This document shows positions 24,325 through 25,324 of a stretch of DNA of 25,324 nucleotides, in pieces. Every line of letters starts with the position of its first letter. Position 1 is the stretch's first letter. Under the pieces are notes generated by a model, which did no database searches, had not been told where the DNA came from, and saw only the letters and a program-made list of their open reading frames with translations. Source of the stretch: Thermoanaerobaculia bacterium (GTDB lineage: Bacteria; Acidobacteriota; Thermoanaerobaculia; UBA2201); contig JBBFMJ010000001.1 in the NCBI GenBank assembly GCA_037478515.1, forward strand, positions 1-25,324, given 5' to 3'. The translations under genes and the position numbers were made by a program.

Positions 24325-24360
24325 AAGGCACGGCTTAAAAAATAAGCCGTGCCTTTTCTT
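24325..24360 (+). terminator. Intrinsic terminator-like hairpin after mvhA
   Basis: AAGGCACGGCTTA-AAAAA-TAAGCCGTGCCTT: perfect 13-bp stem with a 5-nt loop; its end runs into TTTTCTT. Confidence 0.85.
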
Positions 24361-24852
24361 ATGGAAAATTACCCATCTTACTGTCTTAAGAAAAATTTAG
24401 TTTTAGGTTGTGGAAATATCTTTTTTGGCGATGATGGTTTTGGTCCTGAATTTATAAAGTACCTGGAAGAAAGTGGATTGATACCAGAGGATACAATTGC
24501 CATAAATGCAGGTTTAAGCATAAGAGAAATTTTATTTAACATTGTTTTAAGTGATAAAAAGCCAGAAAGGATAGTTATAATAGATGCTGTAGATTTAGGG
24601 GAAGAGCCAGGAGAGATTTTTGAGGTAGACCTGGATGAGATTCCCAAAATTAAGATAGATGATTTTTCTATGCACCAGATGCCCACTTCCAATCTTTTAA
24701 AGGAATTAAAAGAGAAAGGAAATGTGGAGGTAAGGGTTTTATCAATTCAGGTAGAAAATATCCCCGAAGAGATAAGCCCTGGAATATCAGAAAAACTAAA
24801 AAATTCTTATGAAAAAATGTATCAAAAATTAGTAAAAATACTGGAGGAATAA
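24361..24852 (+). CDS. Hydrogenase maturation endopeptidase (HyaD/HycI/FrhD family)
   Basis: LVLGCGNIFFGDDGFG, IVIIDAVD.G..PG, SMHQ. ATG 24361 preferred because GTG 24349 lies inside the terminator stem. Confidence 0.92.
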   Translation: MENYPSYCLKKNLVLGCGNIFFGDDGFGPEFIKYLEESGLIPEDTIAINAGLSIREILFNIVLSDKKPERIVIIDAVDLGEEPGEIFEVDLDEIPKIKIDDFSMHQMPTSNLLKELKEKGNVEVRVLSIQVENIPEEISPGISEKLKNSYEKMYQKLVKILEE

Positions 24853-24853
24853 T

Positions 24854-25105
24854 ATGCACGAGTGGAAAATAACAGAATCAATTATTGAGGAAATTTTAAA
24901 GCAAGCAGAAGCCAGTGGGATAAAAAAAGTTAATAAGGTCATTCTTTCCATTGGGCAGGACTCAGATTTAACCCCTGATGTTATAAATTTTTGTTTTGAT
25001 AATTTAAAAAACAATTTTCCTATAAATAGAGACCTGGATCTGGAAATAAAAATGAGGGAGGGAATGGGCGGAGTAATAATTGAGGAGATTGAAGGAGAAG
25101 ATTAG
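24854..25105 (+). CDS. hypA: HypA-like nickel metallochaperone lacking the zinc-finger domain (83 aa)
   Basis: N-terminal MHE Ni motif, V..V.L.IG..S...P....F.F, L.LEI, then directly GGVIIEEIEGED; no CxxC pair. Confidence 0.8.
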   Translation: MHEWKITESIIEEILKQAEASGIKKVNKVILSIGQDSDLTPDVINFCFDNLKNNFPINRDLDLEIKMREGMGGVIIEEIEGED

Positions 25106-25125
25106 GCAGAAAACCTTTAAAAATT

Positions 25126-25153
25126 TTGACTTTTTTTTAAAATTATATAAAAT
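25126..25153 (+). promoter_or_regulatory. Sigma70-type promoter for the downstream sensor gene
   Basis: TTGACT (25126-25131), 16 nt, TAAAAT (25148-25153). Same layout and same ATATAAAAT end as the promoter at 13589-13616. Confidence 0.6.
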
Positions 25154-25159
25154 TAAATA

Positions 25160-25324
25160 ATGCCCCGAAGAGGACTTTTAACCCGTCTTTTAATAACTTT
25201 TTCCCTATCTATATTAATCCCTTCCATAATTTCAATTTTTGTTGGAATTCAAATGATAGGCAGTTATGCCTATAGAGAAGTGCAAGCAAGGCTGGAATCC
25301 AATATGGAGTCAGCAAAGGAAATT
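25160..25324 (+). CDS. Partial membrane protein, N-terminus resembling a membrane sensor such as a histidine kinase; runs off the window edge
   Basis: Hand translation from ATG 25160: MPRRGLLTRLLITFSLSILIPSIISIFVGIQMIGSYAYREVQARLESNMESAKEI. Basic N-terminus, one TM helix, then an amphipathic helix typical of Cache-type sensors. Family is inferred only. Confidence 0.65.
   Translation, partial: MPRRGLLTRLLITFSLSILIPSIISIFVGIQMIGSYAYREVQARLESNMESAKEI

Noticed and set aside
1973-25014. Short overlapping alternative-frame ORFs (e.g. 1973-2275, 6764-7069, 10715-11119, 17268-17570, 18169-18564, 24378-24692)
   Set aside because: They are shadows of well-supported genes, with no SDs or recognisable motifs.
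1-25324. CRISPR array, IS element or prophage
   Set aside because: No regularly spaced repeats, terminal inverted repeats, transposase or phage genes recognised.

Overview
AT-rich bacterial window (AGGAGG-type SD sites, sigma70-type promoters, bacterial tRNAs) from a probable anaerobe. Left to right: (1) a minus-strand tRNA-Cys/tRNA-Leu pair running into a partial membrane-protein gene missed by the ORF track; (2) a tightly coupled six-gene operon: archaeal-type HMG-CoA synthase, thiolase, DUF35 scaffold, methylcrotonyl-CoA-carboxylase-like carboxyltransferase, REC-PilZ protein and stand-alone PocR-like sensor; (3) ALDH7-family dehydrogenase plus nadC; (4) a minus-strand operon: MinD/FlhG-like ATPase, Cys/Met PLP lyase, FAH-family protein, DUF885; (5) an 11.5-kb redox operon; (6) the start of a membrane sensor gene. 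The redox operon is the main finding. It encodes a QmoC-like membrane anchor, a tandem HdrA whose first copy is split across two genes by an hndABCD/nuoEFG-type diaphorase cassette inserted inside its ferredoxin domain, MvhD, a small ORF, MvhG/MvhA [NiFe]-hydrogenase, a maturation protease and a HypA lacking its zinc finger. No HdrB or AprAB is present in the window. The NuoF-like subunit has substitutions suggesting NADP(H) specificity. I infer an H2/NADP(H)/quinone (and possibly ferredoxin) bifurcating or confurcating complex. All family calls come from motif recognition by eye. No database search was run, so novelty is unverified.
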